In this document: positions 41,801 through 50,202 of the stretch, piece by piece
How the letters are laid out: every line of letters begins with the position of its first letter
Position numbering within the stretch: position 1 is the first letter of the stretch
Assembly: GCA_001938485.1 (NCBI GenBank)
Contig: MQRK01250777.1
Location: forward strand, 8,642 to 59,014
Reading direction: 5' to 3'
Source: Girardia tigrina
Lineage: Eukaryota
Length of the DNA stretch: 50,373 nt
Notes under the pieces: model-generated
The model's database searches: none
Told to the model about the DNA's origin: nothing
Seen by the model: the letters and a program-made list of their open reading frames with translations, nothing else
Translations under genes and position numbers: made by a program

Positions 41801-44800
41801 AAAACATGTTCGATTCCTCTCCTTTGTAAAAAAGGGTCACTCGCAATTAAAATTACAATTCGTCATTTATTTAATCTTGTTCCTGCTACTTCTAATACGT
41901 GTGTCTTTACTACAAATCATTTAAAACTTAGATTAGAAGTGTTTCGAAAAGAAACAGTGGGATACTCTACAGACCAAGAAACCAGTAAAAAAATGATCCA
42001 TCCCTCTAAAAGACAAAAACTTTCTAATCATCAACTCATCATCTTATTATCCTGGTTTTAGTGATTCTGACTCTGAGGCTGACGACAGTGAATATCAAAG
42101 CGATGAAGAAGAAGAAGAGGAAACTACTCCTACACCAAGCTGAAAACATCATAAAAGCAAAATTGCAGTCAAACTGATGACCTTCACAAGATTATCAACA
42201 TGCAAAGCTGCTAAAATTTGCAAGCAAATGGTTCATGAAGGTATTGACATCATAACTTCTAGTCAATCAGCTATTTACAAGTCAACAATCAAAGAGTCAA
42301 TCAAACTGAAAGAAGAAATGATTGAAAAGTTGCATTTGCAAAGGCAGTCCTAACACTTTGATGTCAAGCACATCGGTGGAATCAATTATCAAGTGGTCAT
42401 CCTTATAAATTAAAGAAGATGAATCAAATTGGATGTACTTGGTTTGGTAGATGACAGGTCAAAAACTATTGCTCAAGGAATTTCTAAAGTCCACGATTAA
42501 TTTAACCTATGGAATTCAAAACAGATGATTGTTACAGATACCACCAGCGTTAATATTGGAAAAAAGAATGGTGTTGTTGTATGATTGCAACGAATATTCA
42601 CAGAAATAAGCATCTACAAACCTCAGTTTATCAGATGTCAACACCATGTATAAGATAGAATCCTCCATTTGGTGATGGATGAAAAACTTGGAAGTAAAAC
42701 AAAATCACTAAACATCGAATATCCATTTGTATCTCAACTGTTGAAGGATCACAAACAAATAAAAATACAGTTTGATAATGGAAAAGAAGTTATTCTTGAA
42801 ACATCAGACTGAAGAGATAATTTGAAATTTTTATTTCATCTCACTCGAATGTTCCGATCTTTTGAGGAAAAGGCACATTTTCCATTGTTCAGGTTTAAGA
42901 ACATACCCAACATCGACAATCCGAGGTGGAATTCCAGAGCTATACTAGTGATCCTGGCCTTCATTGTAATTCCTTTATCAAGGTCAGTTCCGCATAGAGT
43001 ATGTTGATTTATATGGTATGGCTGGGTAAACCATTTGTTTACAGACTAACTGTACAACGAAAATTACTTTAATAACTTGCTGAAGCACAGAATCCATACA
43101 AAAAGGCTTTAAGCTCTTTGAAAAATCACTGGAAGCGAGAGCCATACATACTACAGATACCCAGAAGTAATTAATAGCGGAGTGCGCAATCAAATTGTTC
43201 GGAATTTGAATCAAGATATATATTATACAGAGCACGACAATTAAGTCTCAAAAATTAAGTCTCGGAAAATTAAATGGTTTCTTTAAAAGATAAAATTTAG
43301 AAAAAACTAAAAATCTAATAAATTACTTAATCGTCGGAGACTTTTCATTTTTTTCTAAAATTTACTGGAGTTTTTCATTTTTTTCAAATTTATTATTTAA
43401 AGAAACCATTTAATTTTCGAGACTTAATTGTCGTGCCCCATATATTATTTATTATTATTATTTATATTTAAATTCAAAATTTGAATCTTCATCTCTTCCC
43501 AAGACAATTCAAAGGAATCATTTATTCGAACTTGAATGACAATCTCTGAAAATATTTATCGTATTCTGTTTTGGAATGACAATCACTGTTTTATTTATTG
43601 CCTGCTTGCTGTTATATATATATATACCTATATAAAATAATATGATAATAAATTAAATTAAATTTAAAGAAAAAAATAATTAATAATTCAAATTTTTAAG
43701 AGTCAAATTCAGTTTTTTTTTAAATAAATTATTTCTTTGTAAATCGAGTCATGTGACTCATATTGGTTACCCCCGTTTTTTTTTTGAGTTGGTGGGTATT
43801 TAGTATGCCAGTTGTGTGCTAGTTGAAGAGAGAAATCCGACTTGTGTGAAGTGGCAAGAGGAAATTTATTCATCATGCAAAAGTTACACCTTCGATTCCT
43901 TCTATGCAACAAGCATGTGAGGAATATTTGAATGTTTGATGTTTTGTGTTTGAATGTGTATGTTGATTTGGGATTGTGTCTCTCCTACCCAGATGGATGA
44001 TTAATATTTTAATTCTTATTATCTAAAAATATGTAATGTTTAAATTTATTTTTAATTTCAAATAATTTTAAATAAGTTAATTAATTTTTATAATATTTAA
44101 TAAATAAATCAAATTAATATTTTTTAAATAATTAATAATCATTTTAATTATTATCCAATAAGTTTTGACAGATTGTCTTAAGGACAATCAAAATTGTTGT
44201 TTAAATAAAAATATAAAAATTCAAATTGGTGTTCTTAATAAAGCAATAGCAAGGTCTGACTCATAGTTGGATTGGAAATTTGTTGTATTACATGACTATG
44301 ACATTCTAAATACATTTGGATACACAGTAGTACTTATGTCAAAATCGATTTTTCAATGGCGGGATGAACTTTTTAGAAAATATATGTAAATAATAGTTCG
44401 ATACGTAGTTTTTAGGTAAAAGTTCATCAAAATGAAAGGAAAAAAAACGGAAAGTAAATTGAAAGTAATCGAAAATGGATTCAAATTCGAAGATGGATGT
44501 TCACAAACAAAAAAAAGGGAATAAGGAATATATTTGAAAAAATCAGATATTTTATTAGATATGATAAAAAAAGAACTTCAAATAGATAAAAGTAATAAAT
44601 CGTACATCCCTCTTCCAGAGTATCTTATTTATGCATATAAAAGATTAATAAATCAAAGTAATATAAATGATATTAGAGATCCCGAAAAAGTAGTTTTGGC
44701 TCTCTTTTCTTCAGATCCAGATAAGATAGTCAGTTGTGATAGTTTACCAAAAGATAAGAAGAATTTAATAATCTTCGATTATATGGCAAATTTGAAAGAT

Positions 44801-47800
44801 CAAAAAATAATGAAATCTTATTTTACTAGAGGTCGTCATAATAATTGCAATACAATATATATTTCTCAAACATTTTATGATCTTGATAAACATTCAATAA
44901 GAAACAATTCTAATGGATTCATATTTTTTGAACTGGGAAAACGAGATGTTTTAGGTGTTTTAGTCTTAAGCATTTATTTAATTTCCTTCAGAATTATAAT
45001 CGATTAATATATAATGTTTTCATGTTCAAGGTTTTTATCAATAGAAAGAAGAAACAAAACTATATTTATGTTTATACTTGCAGAACTATTCAAGGGTAGA
45101 ACTGATCAAATCGATAAGATATCAGTAAATGTCATCTAAATAGAAAATGACCCGCAGAAGCTAAGGTATTTTTCTTTGAAAGTATAGGATCATGGGGTTG
45201 GAAAACGTCATAATCTTAACGTACAATTTAAGTGAGATTTTGTGTTGACTAATTAACAATACAGGGGATTAGTTTATGGAGTCATTATCATTTTTTTACG
45301 TTTGCTTAATTTAAAATATTACTGGAAAAAATAACTCAAATTGAAGGAGAAGGATTGTATCATAAGGCATAAAGCAACCGTTGAATAAAAAAAATCAAAC
45401 AATTTTTACGAATAGAAGTAAAGATATAAAATTTCCCTTAGAGAGCTGCAACCTTGAACGTGTTAACTAGAATGTGATTCTTAGAATTATTAATGAAAGA
45501 TGTGGAAGAACTTCGATGTACTTTTGTGATTTTCAGGTTGTGTATTTTTCTTAAAAAGAAGAATCGCACTGCATTCATAATCCTTCAATTACGGGATCAA
45601 TTTCAAATGAGAACATAAATAATAAAATATATCATGTGCTAAACATCACGTGATATATAATAATAGAAAATATATACAACATGGGGTAGTCTAATATCAT
45701 GCTTTATTAGAAAAATGCAATCTTTCAGTTTTCTTCCATTCATCCTTTCTTCATAGTAAATGAATTGATTCTTTTTATTAGCAACGAAATTTATCCATTA
45801 ATAAAAATATTTATAGACAATATATATTTCGACGGATCAACCGTATCTTCAGGTCAAAATATGTTCAGTAAAAAATCAATTACACATTTATCACTTTATT
45901 CTGATATTGTTTATGACATGCATTTGAGAGACTGTCCGTTATCTCTGTAAACGAATTCAAGAACAAGGTCGAAAAGAGAGTAAGAGTAATAATGCACAAC
46001 ATATGAAAAATGTAAATGTGATGTTCATATTGAAAATTTCAAAATTCTATGTAAGCAATTTGATAGTTATTGGGAGTGTCGTTTGAAGCTTTGTTAATTA
46101 GGTCACATTGCGCTAAATTCAATGCTCAATCGGTAGTCTCAATCAACCTATTGAGATTTTTTGTTTAGAGTGATTTTATACAATGGATTACATATTCATT
46201 ATTTTTGCATTTACAGGTGAATTAATTTATCAAGTGACCTGAAGATGACGGTTGATCCATCGAAATATATTGTCTATAAATATATTTTAATGGATGAATT
46301 TTGTTGTTAACAAAAAGTTCTCATCTGGATTGAAAATTATTTTAAGATCACTTATTTGTCTTAACTAAAATCAATCTTTACCAATTTTTTAATCTTATTC
46401 TTGGATTCACTTACAGAGATTATGAGATGTTTCTCAAATGTACTTGAAATCTCATTCCTTGAATATCTGATATACGATATCGATCACAGCTATAAGGCGT
46501 AGTAGAGTTACTTCAAAATATACTACCAATCTTTATTGACTTTAAGATAAAGTTTGAATTTAAAGGATTATTTGCATATTTAAAAATAGAATTTTTAAAA
46601 TTTAATCATTAAAATATTTTATTAATTTCTTACGAACTTTGTAAATTTATCATATTATTTTTTTAAATGATAGGGAGAAAAAGGCCGTCGAGGAGAAAGT
46701 GGATGGAGTGGTAAAAGAGGTTTGCCAGGACAAAATGGGACAGAGGGAAGTCGTGGCAAAACTGGTATCAGAGGAGAAAAAGGGGAAATAGGGTCACAAG
46801 GGGAAAAGGGAGAAATGCAAAATGCAACAAAAGGAGAAAGGGGACAAAGAGGACATAAAGGAATACGAGGAGATAAACCAGAAAATACAACTGAGGGAGA
46901 AAAAGGGGATTATGGTAATAAATGACATTTAAATATCGTTTTTTGAAAATGTTTATAATAAACGTTTCAAGAAACTTTCAAAAAGATATTTAGGAAAATA
47001 AATAAAATAAGTAAATTGATTTTGATAAATTGTTATCAGTTATTTTTTATAAGTTTTAAAAATACAATACCATCATTAATCACCTTCTAATGTGGTTGAT
47101 GTAATATGATGTGGATATTTACGTAAATTCCCGTAAGTTAGAGTCTTTGAAAAGTACAAAATGTTTCATATCTTACAAGTATCTTATAAGTATCTTTCAT
47201 ATTTTATAAGTACAAGTATAAAGATTATCTTCAGATGCTACTGAAATGGAATTTTAAAAGTACAGTTTTTCATCTTAACCATTTGAATTTAGTTTTAAAA
47301 TTCTATTTCAAATGTGATATTTAAATCAATGTCATGGGTATAATGCTGCACACATTAGAGAGATTTCTTGTCATATATGTAAACGGTGTCTGGAGCACAG
47401 GCGATTGGCTAATTGTAGCAGTATTGGTGGACATATGGAAGTTTGTAGATCCGATGTAGCGATAAACAATTTAAAATACAGTGCAGTAATTTGAAATATT
47501 ATTGAGAGGTTAGCCTGTGAGACATTATTGAATGAATCATTTAATCCATCTGTAGTGGGCTCGATCACCCTTCTCGTGTGAGGGAAACAAAAAAGGTAAA
47601 GAACCCTGCTACAAAATTTATTAAAATGAAAATATTTGTTTGCGATTGAGATTCCTCGTTGTTCTGCAGTTTTTGACTTCGACATTTTCGGTAATTCTGT
47701 TTATTCAAACAAAAAAACATTTTTTTATTTGAATTTTATTTTCGTTGATTTATTTTTTTTTTGATTTAAATTTCTTTGTCAACTAATTTAAGCATTTCTG

Positions 47801-48023
47801 AATATTTTTTATAGGAAAATGTGCTTCAAATAAATTAGTTGATTAATAATTTTTTTAAGTAAAATAGTAAAAAAAATTGAATGTTATTTACATCATTGAA
47901 ATTTGTAAAATTTAAATCATTTGATTATTCAAGGAAAATCGAAGAGCCACACCATCAATTAATGTTCAAGCAAGACACACTTTCACTTTGTTGAAAGTAT
48001 TTAATTAGTTGATTACATAATTA

Positions 48024-48066
<43 letters not shown>

Positions 48067-48766
48067 ATAGTAAAATTGTTAAAAATTTTGACTGAAGATG
48101 GTGGAATATCTACCTAAATATATTGCAAAACTTGTAAATCAAAAAAAATTAATATTTTATATCCATTCTTTATGCAGACAGAACTCTACTTTGGAAACAA
48201 AGTTTTTAAAATTTAAAAATTTTAATTAAAAAAACATTAATAATTAATAAAAAACTACTTATAATTTTTATAAGTAGATATCTTGCAATTAATATTGTTC
48301 AGGAACTCCGAATTTTCCGTTGTTTCCGATTTGGGAATCTTAAAAAGTTTTTTTCGATCAAATTTTTACATAATCATTGTAGTGAACACAATTTTCAAAT
48401 TAAATTAATAATAAACGTTAATTTTTGTAAATTTACTCATTTTTAAATTTTATTTTTTTACAGTTAATCTTATTTTTTCGGTCATCGTCAAAAAATCTTT
48501 AAATTAAAATCAATTAAGCACAAAAATTGAATAATTAATTTTCAATCAATTTTTGTAAAAAAATTAATCTTGTTTGAATAATCGTTTTTTGATACAAAAT
48601 AAATTTTCGGCTCATGTTTCTTATTACAATTTGTTTATCGGCATACTGTACGTGCAGTCCCTGCCACGATAATCATTTATTGTCATCGAGAATGAGTAAG
48701 TGTGCAAAGTTTGAAGAAAATTGATTGAGTTAAAAGCCTTCAAAAACAGGTTTCTAAATTCCAAGA

Positions 48767-48803
<37 letters not shown>

Positions 48804-48911
48804 ATTAGAAAGAAAGCTAATGAAAATAATGGAAAAAGGAAAATGTTAAATTAATAAATTCTTCAGATTTAAATAGCGTTTTTGATTATTTAAATCAATA
48901 AATTAAAAATG

Positions 48912-48947
<36 letters not shown>

Positions 48948-50047
48948 ATTAAAACAAATTAAATTCATGCATGTGTGTTATAGTTTGTTGATTTCGATTT
49001 ATTGAGTATGTTGTTCTCGATCTGTTAATGTAATTATTACTATCAGTATTTTAAGGAAAAATTTTTAATGACGTATTGAATACGACAAATAATGATTTTG
49101 TTTAATATTCACTATTATCACATCGATTAACTTATGAATGTGTGTAAAATCTGACTAGAATTGCAGAAAAATAGTGGTTGGGTTCTACACCATGATAATG
49201 CTCCTGAGAGCATCTCATACTTCCGTTGTAACCAAGCTGCATATTTACCTGACATGGCACTGTGTAACTTCTCTTTGTTTTCTTGACTTAAGATATTGAT
49301 TTGAGGAAGTCGTTTAACAACTTTACTAGAAATAAAAGAAAAGTCGCTCGAGTTGCTCCAGGACATTCCATTACAAGTATTTTATGAGACACTTGAAGAT
49401 TTGAAAAATGTTGCTAAATGTACATATTTTTCAAGGGAAGTACTTTAAAGGAGATTTAATAAATTTCTAATAAGAATTAATCACTTTTGTTTTATTTAAC
49501 TAATAATAAAATAAGAATAATCTTTTCATTTGAAAGTTTATTATTTTGTTTTGTTAATTTTGATATATTTTAAATAAAAAATTCCTTTAAGGGGACATCG
49601 GTCTTCCTGGAAATAATGGAACAATTGGAAATAATGGAACGATTGGTCCCAAAGGAGACAAAGGAGAGAAAGGGGATATTGGACCAGTTGGTCCAGAAGG
49701 TCGTTTATATCTTTTTAAATATTATTAATAAATTTTAAATTTAGGCATAAATGGAACAGAAGGAGACAAAGGAGATCAAGGACAGAAAGGAGAGACTGGA
49801 AAAATGGGATCTATTGGAGAAAAGGGTTTAACTGGCAGCATAGGCGAAAAAGGAAGTTCTTGTGGTCGTAGTAATGAAGGCTCTTCAGGTTTCAGAGGAA
49901 AACCAGGTGTTAAGGGTGAGAAAGGAGATAAAGGAAACAAAGGAAAAGTTGGAATTGAAGGAGAAAAGGGAATAGTTGGGGATCCTATGCTTGGCAAACC
50001 CGGAAGGAAAGGTCATAGGGGTTCTCGAGGAGACGATGGTCAACAAG
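18469..50047 (+). CDS. col4a: Collagen type IV alpha-like chain (partial, 26 exons traced; 7S and interrupted Gly-X-Y domain; signal exon and NC1 not seen)
   Basis: All 26 exons join in frame via GT-AG introns (3949 nt, ~1316 codons). The N-terminus CENVCTPDKCQCVGMKGGRGPPG and the GCDG motif match the collagen IV 7S pattern. The Gly-X-Y run has frequent short interruptions. The first 12 introns are phase 0 and most later ones are phase 1, usually splitting a Gly codon, as in vertebrate COL4 genes. Alpha1 versus alpha2 is not resolvable without NC1. Confidence 0.8.
18605..18739 (+). CDS. collagen exon
   Basis: aaag|GPPGKRGLVGPPGSKG...KGEM|gtaagt; 135 nt. Confidence 0.92.
19683..19900 (+). mobile_element. 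PLE head repeat interrupted by a 28S rRNA fragment
   Basis: gtgaggaatatttga...gattgcgtctcccctaacc matches 43917-43990; the continuation atgattaatat..aatcttatta resumes after the rRNA piece. Confidence 0.7.
19757..19856 (+). rRNA. 28S rRNA fragment (pseudogene) including the sarcin-ricin loop
   Basis: ACCGTCGTGAGACAG, AGTACGAGAGGAACC and GAAGCTACCATC are conserved LSU 3'-region motifs in the correct order, with an internal deletion. Confidence 0.9.
20844..22038 (-). mobile_element. Decayed full-length mariner
   Basis: TIR tgtcccataagtttcttc at both ends; start MEIQKKHLRHVMLHCF at 21859; LKDEDRIGRP, ITGDET and FHQDNSRPH motifs. Confidence 0.9.
23252..23653 (+). mobile_element. pogo/Tc2-like deletion derivative
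   Basis: Imperfect TIRs with TA flanks; ATG 23371 MPPKRRSYTTESKLKVVKFAEE resembles a Brinker-type DNA-binding domain start. Confidence 0.7.
23930..24320 (+). mobile_element. 5'-truncated PLE with inverted pLTR fragment
   Basis: CHECHVPYIGETVCQLGKRIQEH; upstream inverted piece aatatatttcgacgg similar to 45820-45835. Confidence 0.75.
24664..24755. mobile_element. 92-bp piggyBac-like MITE
   Basis: TTAA TSD (24660-63 and 24756-59); perfect 34-bp TIRs, each containing the 20-bp palindrome agtacgagatatctcgtact. Confidence 0.85.
24856..25704 (+). mobile_element. mariner element with N-terminal deletion (contains assembly gaps)
   Basis: TIRs ttaggttgggcgaataataatggcgg / ccgccattatttttcgaccaacc; VTCDEKW, HDNARPH and PPYSPDLSQMDF motifs (ORF 25053-25628). 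Confidence 0.92.
26195..26239 (+). CDS. collagen exon
   Basis: ttag|GPTGEMGHNGTNGWP|gtaatt; 45 nt. Confidence 0.85.
26281..26343 (+). CDS. collagen exon (GCDG 7S motif)
   Basis: tcag|GFQGYRGPMGFKGLMGCDGAI|gttagt; 63 nt. Confidence 0.88.
26466..26588 (+). CDS. collagen exon
   Basis: ttag|GETGDSGLNGTKG...NSTKGDQ|gttagt; 123 nt. Confidence 0.9.
27130..27850 (-). mobile_element. Old mariner remnant
   Basis: Minus-strand FLSRILACYENWI (cf. FL.RIVTGDEKWI) plus decayed C-terminal motifs. Confidence 0.7.
28503..28538 (+). CDS. collagen exon
   Basis: tcag|GDRGLNGSMGIN|gtaagt; 36 nt. Confidence 0.85.
28700..29560 (+). mobile_element. MULE transposase remnant
   Basis: LTDFEMATMDAF followed by a decayed (G)CYF(H)FC motif. 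Confidence 0.65.
29880..30400 (-). mobile_element. Penelope-like reverse transcriptase remnant
   Basis: Minus-strand FDKG...SKSDY and GSQPAKLYG-PKVHK motifs are typical of the PLE RT N-terminal region. Confidence 0.75.
30725..31309. mobile_element. piggyBac-type MITE
   Basis: TTAA|CCCTTCGTAAC ... GTTACGAAGGG|TTAA. Confidence 0.88.
30880..31223. mobile_element. hAT (Charlie/Buster-type) MITE nested in the piggyBac MITE
   Basis: CAGAGGTCTCAAA / TTTAACACCACTG TIRs; GGCCC(G) subterminal repeats; 8-bp TSD ATTTAAAA with central TA. Confidence 0.88.
31861..31923 (+). CDS. collagen exon
   Basis: atag|GTKGEKGLPGFQGQIGMNGTK|gtaaat; 63 nt. Confidence 0.9.
32000..32176 (+). CDS. collagen exon
   Basis: ttag|GENGTMGPKG...GERGHK|gtaaat; 177 nt. 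Confidence 0.9.
32222..32275 (+). CDS. collagen exon
   Basis: ttag|GLKGESGNKGEPGVVGNP|gtaata; 54 nt. Confidence 0.9.
32319..32381 (+). CDS. collagen exon
   Basis: ttag|GVKGKNGTNGEKGLEGFPGDR|gtatgt; 63 nt. Confidence 0.9.
32430..32474 (+). CDS. collagen exon
   Basis: ttag|GKKGLKGNEGYQGDQ|gtttga; 45 nt. Confidence 0.88.
32517..32636 (+). CDS. collagen exon
   Basis: atag|GNEGRPGQQGPIG...GPPA|gtaaat; 120 nt. Confidence 0.9.
32697..32910 (+). CDS. collagen exon
   Basis: ttag|IINCTSSDYEKGVKG...KGDT-G|gtaaaa; 214 nt. Confidence 0.88.
32973..33113 (+). CDS. collagen exon
   Basis: atag|(G)VSGKEGEQG...GEK-G|gtgatt; 141 nt. Confidence 0.88.
33169..33497 (+). CDS. collagen exon
   Basis: acag|(G)DNGTTGEKG...VGEP|gtatga; 329 nt; matches ORF 33051-33503. 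Confidence 0.92.
33880..34077 (+). CDS. collagen exon
   Basis: ttag|GRKGEKG...KNGTK|gtaaat; 198 nt. Confidence 0.9.
34124..34340 (+). CDS. collagen exon
   Basis: aaag|GEMGANGTV...NQIQ-V(split)|gtaatt; 217 nt. Confidence 0.9.
34560..34830 (-). mobile_element. PLE head repeat copy
   Basis: Reverse complement of the 43917-44140 family. Confidence 0.7.
34951..35124 (+). CDS. collagen exon
   Basis: acag|(V)QSKGQKG...GQN-G|gtaatt; 174 nt. Confidence 0.9.
35411..35788. repeat. ~107-bp direct duplication (35411-35517 and 35683-35788)
   Basis: atgatttaagattggtaatatt...gagagtataaaacct occurs twice. Confidence 0.85.
35789..35825. repeat. (TA)n microsatellite
   Basis: Direct reading; similar tracts at 4543-4561, 48026-48064, 48770-48799 and 48914-48944. 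Confidence 0.9.
35826..36360 (-). mobile_element. Tc1 transposase remnant
   Basis: Minus-strand WSGESCF..FDGRIRVW and LDWVAQSLNLNATEKLW (cf. WPAQSPDLNPIENLW); Tc1-like end at 35568-35600. Confidence 0.8.
37038..38360 (-). mobile_element. Highly decayed Tc1/IS630-like fragments
   Basis: RYFNTGSVSSSARCGRQR HTH-end motif and FLDE motif; may be two separate remnants. Confidence 0.4.
38600..39330. mobile_element. Two divergent (head-to-head) PLE 5' copies
   Basis: Minus copy ends at ~38822 and plus copy starts at ~38914; both carry the gaggaat...cccagatgg head. Confidence 0.7.
39752..39859 (+). CDS. collagen exon
   Basis: ttag|(G)TIGNIGETG...KGKK-G|gttata; 108 nt. Confidence 0.9.
39905..40045 (+). 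CDS. collagen exon
   Basis: taag|(G)EIGEEG...VNGTK-G|gtatgt; 141 nt. Confidence 0.9.
40742..41047 (+). CDS. collagen exon
   Basis: atag|(G)LTGMIGNNGTK...GQS-G|gtacgt; 306 nt. Confidence 0.92.
41101..41244 (+). CDS. collagen exon
   Basis: ttag|(G)ENGTVG...GEK-G|gtaaat; 144 nt. Confidence 0.92.
41286..41593 (+). CDS. collagen exon
   Basis: ttag|(G)NNGSIG...TIGDT|gtatta; 308 nt. Confidence 0.92.
41640..43200 (+). mobile_element. hAT-related DDE transposase remnant
   Basis: LHFD, IVTDTTSVNIGKKNGVV and FIRCQHHV (CxHH) motifs; many stops and frameshifts. Confidence 0.7.
43228..43440. mobile_element. Tc1/mariner-type MITE
   Basis: TA|cagagcacgacaattaagtctc ... gagacttaattgtcgtgcccca|TA with extended inner inverted repeat. 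Confidence 0.82.
43915..44150 (+). mobile_element. PLE head repeat copy
   Basis: gtgaggaatatttgaatgtttg...ttgtgtctctcctacccagatggatgatt. Confidence 0.7.
44534..45007 (+). pseudogene. Maverick/Polinton (adintovirus-like) A32/FtsK packaging ATPase fragment
   Basis: Walker-B-like NLIIFD followed by FTRGRHNNCNTIYISQ..(F)YDL...IRNNS, diagnostic of A32-family ATPases; N-terminal part decayed. Confidence 0.85.
45816..45855 (-). ncRNA. Minimal hammerhead ribozyme copy (inverted)
   Basis: Reverse complement gac-CUGAAGA-u-ACGG(uugau)CCGUC-GAAA-uauau-AUU-guc. Confidence 0.7.
46236..46274 (+). ncRNA. Minimal type I hammerhead ribozyme (PLE-associated)
   Basis: gac-CUGAAGA-u-GACGG(uugau)CCAUC-GAAA-uau-AUU-guc; stem I gac/guc; palindromic AAUAUAUU stem III. 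Confidence 0.75.
46674..46914 (+). CDS. collagen exon
   Basis: atag|GEKGRRGESG...KGDY-G|gtaata; 241 nt. Confidence 0.9.
47370..47700 (+). mobile_element. Degenerate PLE GIY-YIG remnant
   Basis: CHICKRCLEH and ETLL..S.NP motifs. Confidence 0.5.
49130..49455 (+). mobile_element. mariner C-terminal remnant
   Basis: WVLHHDNAP and YLPDMALCNFSLF (cf. YSPDLAPCDFFLF). Confidence 0.75.
49592..49699 (+). CDS. collagen exon
   Basis: taag|(G)DIGLPGNNGTI...GPE-G|gtcgtt; 108 nt. Confidence 0.9.
49745..50047 (+). CDS. collagen exon
   Basis: ttag|(G)INGTEG...DGQQ-G|gtaaat; 303 nt. Confidence 0.92.
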
Positions 50048-50202
50048 GTAAATTATTATTAATTAATATTCTATTTATTAATACATTAAGTTTTAATCCT
50101 TTTAGAAAAAAATTTAATATTAACTCCATCCTTTTTAAATTATAAAGATTTTGGTTCTAGTAGGGGAAAAATGGGCATTCGGCATACATACCCCCCCTAG
50201 CC

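Larger units (their letters stand above)
45782..46335 (+). mobile_element. 5'-truncated PLE: inverted pLTR, GIY-YIG end, pLTR
   Basis: 45782-45857 is an inverted copy of ~46234-46308; ETVRYLCKRIQE, IENFKIL and EALLIR motifs lie between. Confidence 0.85.

Noticed and set aside
48630-48830. Possible Helentron/HINE-like insert with (TA)n
   Set aside because: Only a vague resemblance; no defined termini or hairpin.
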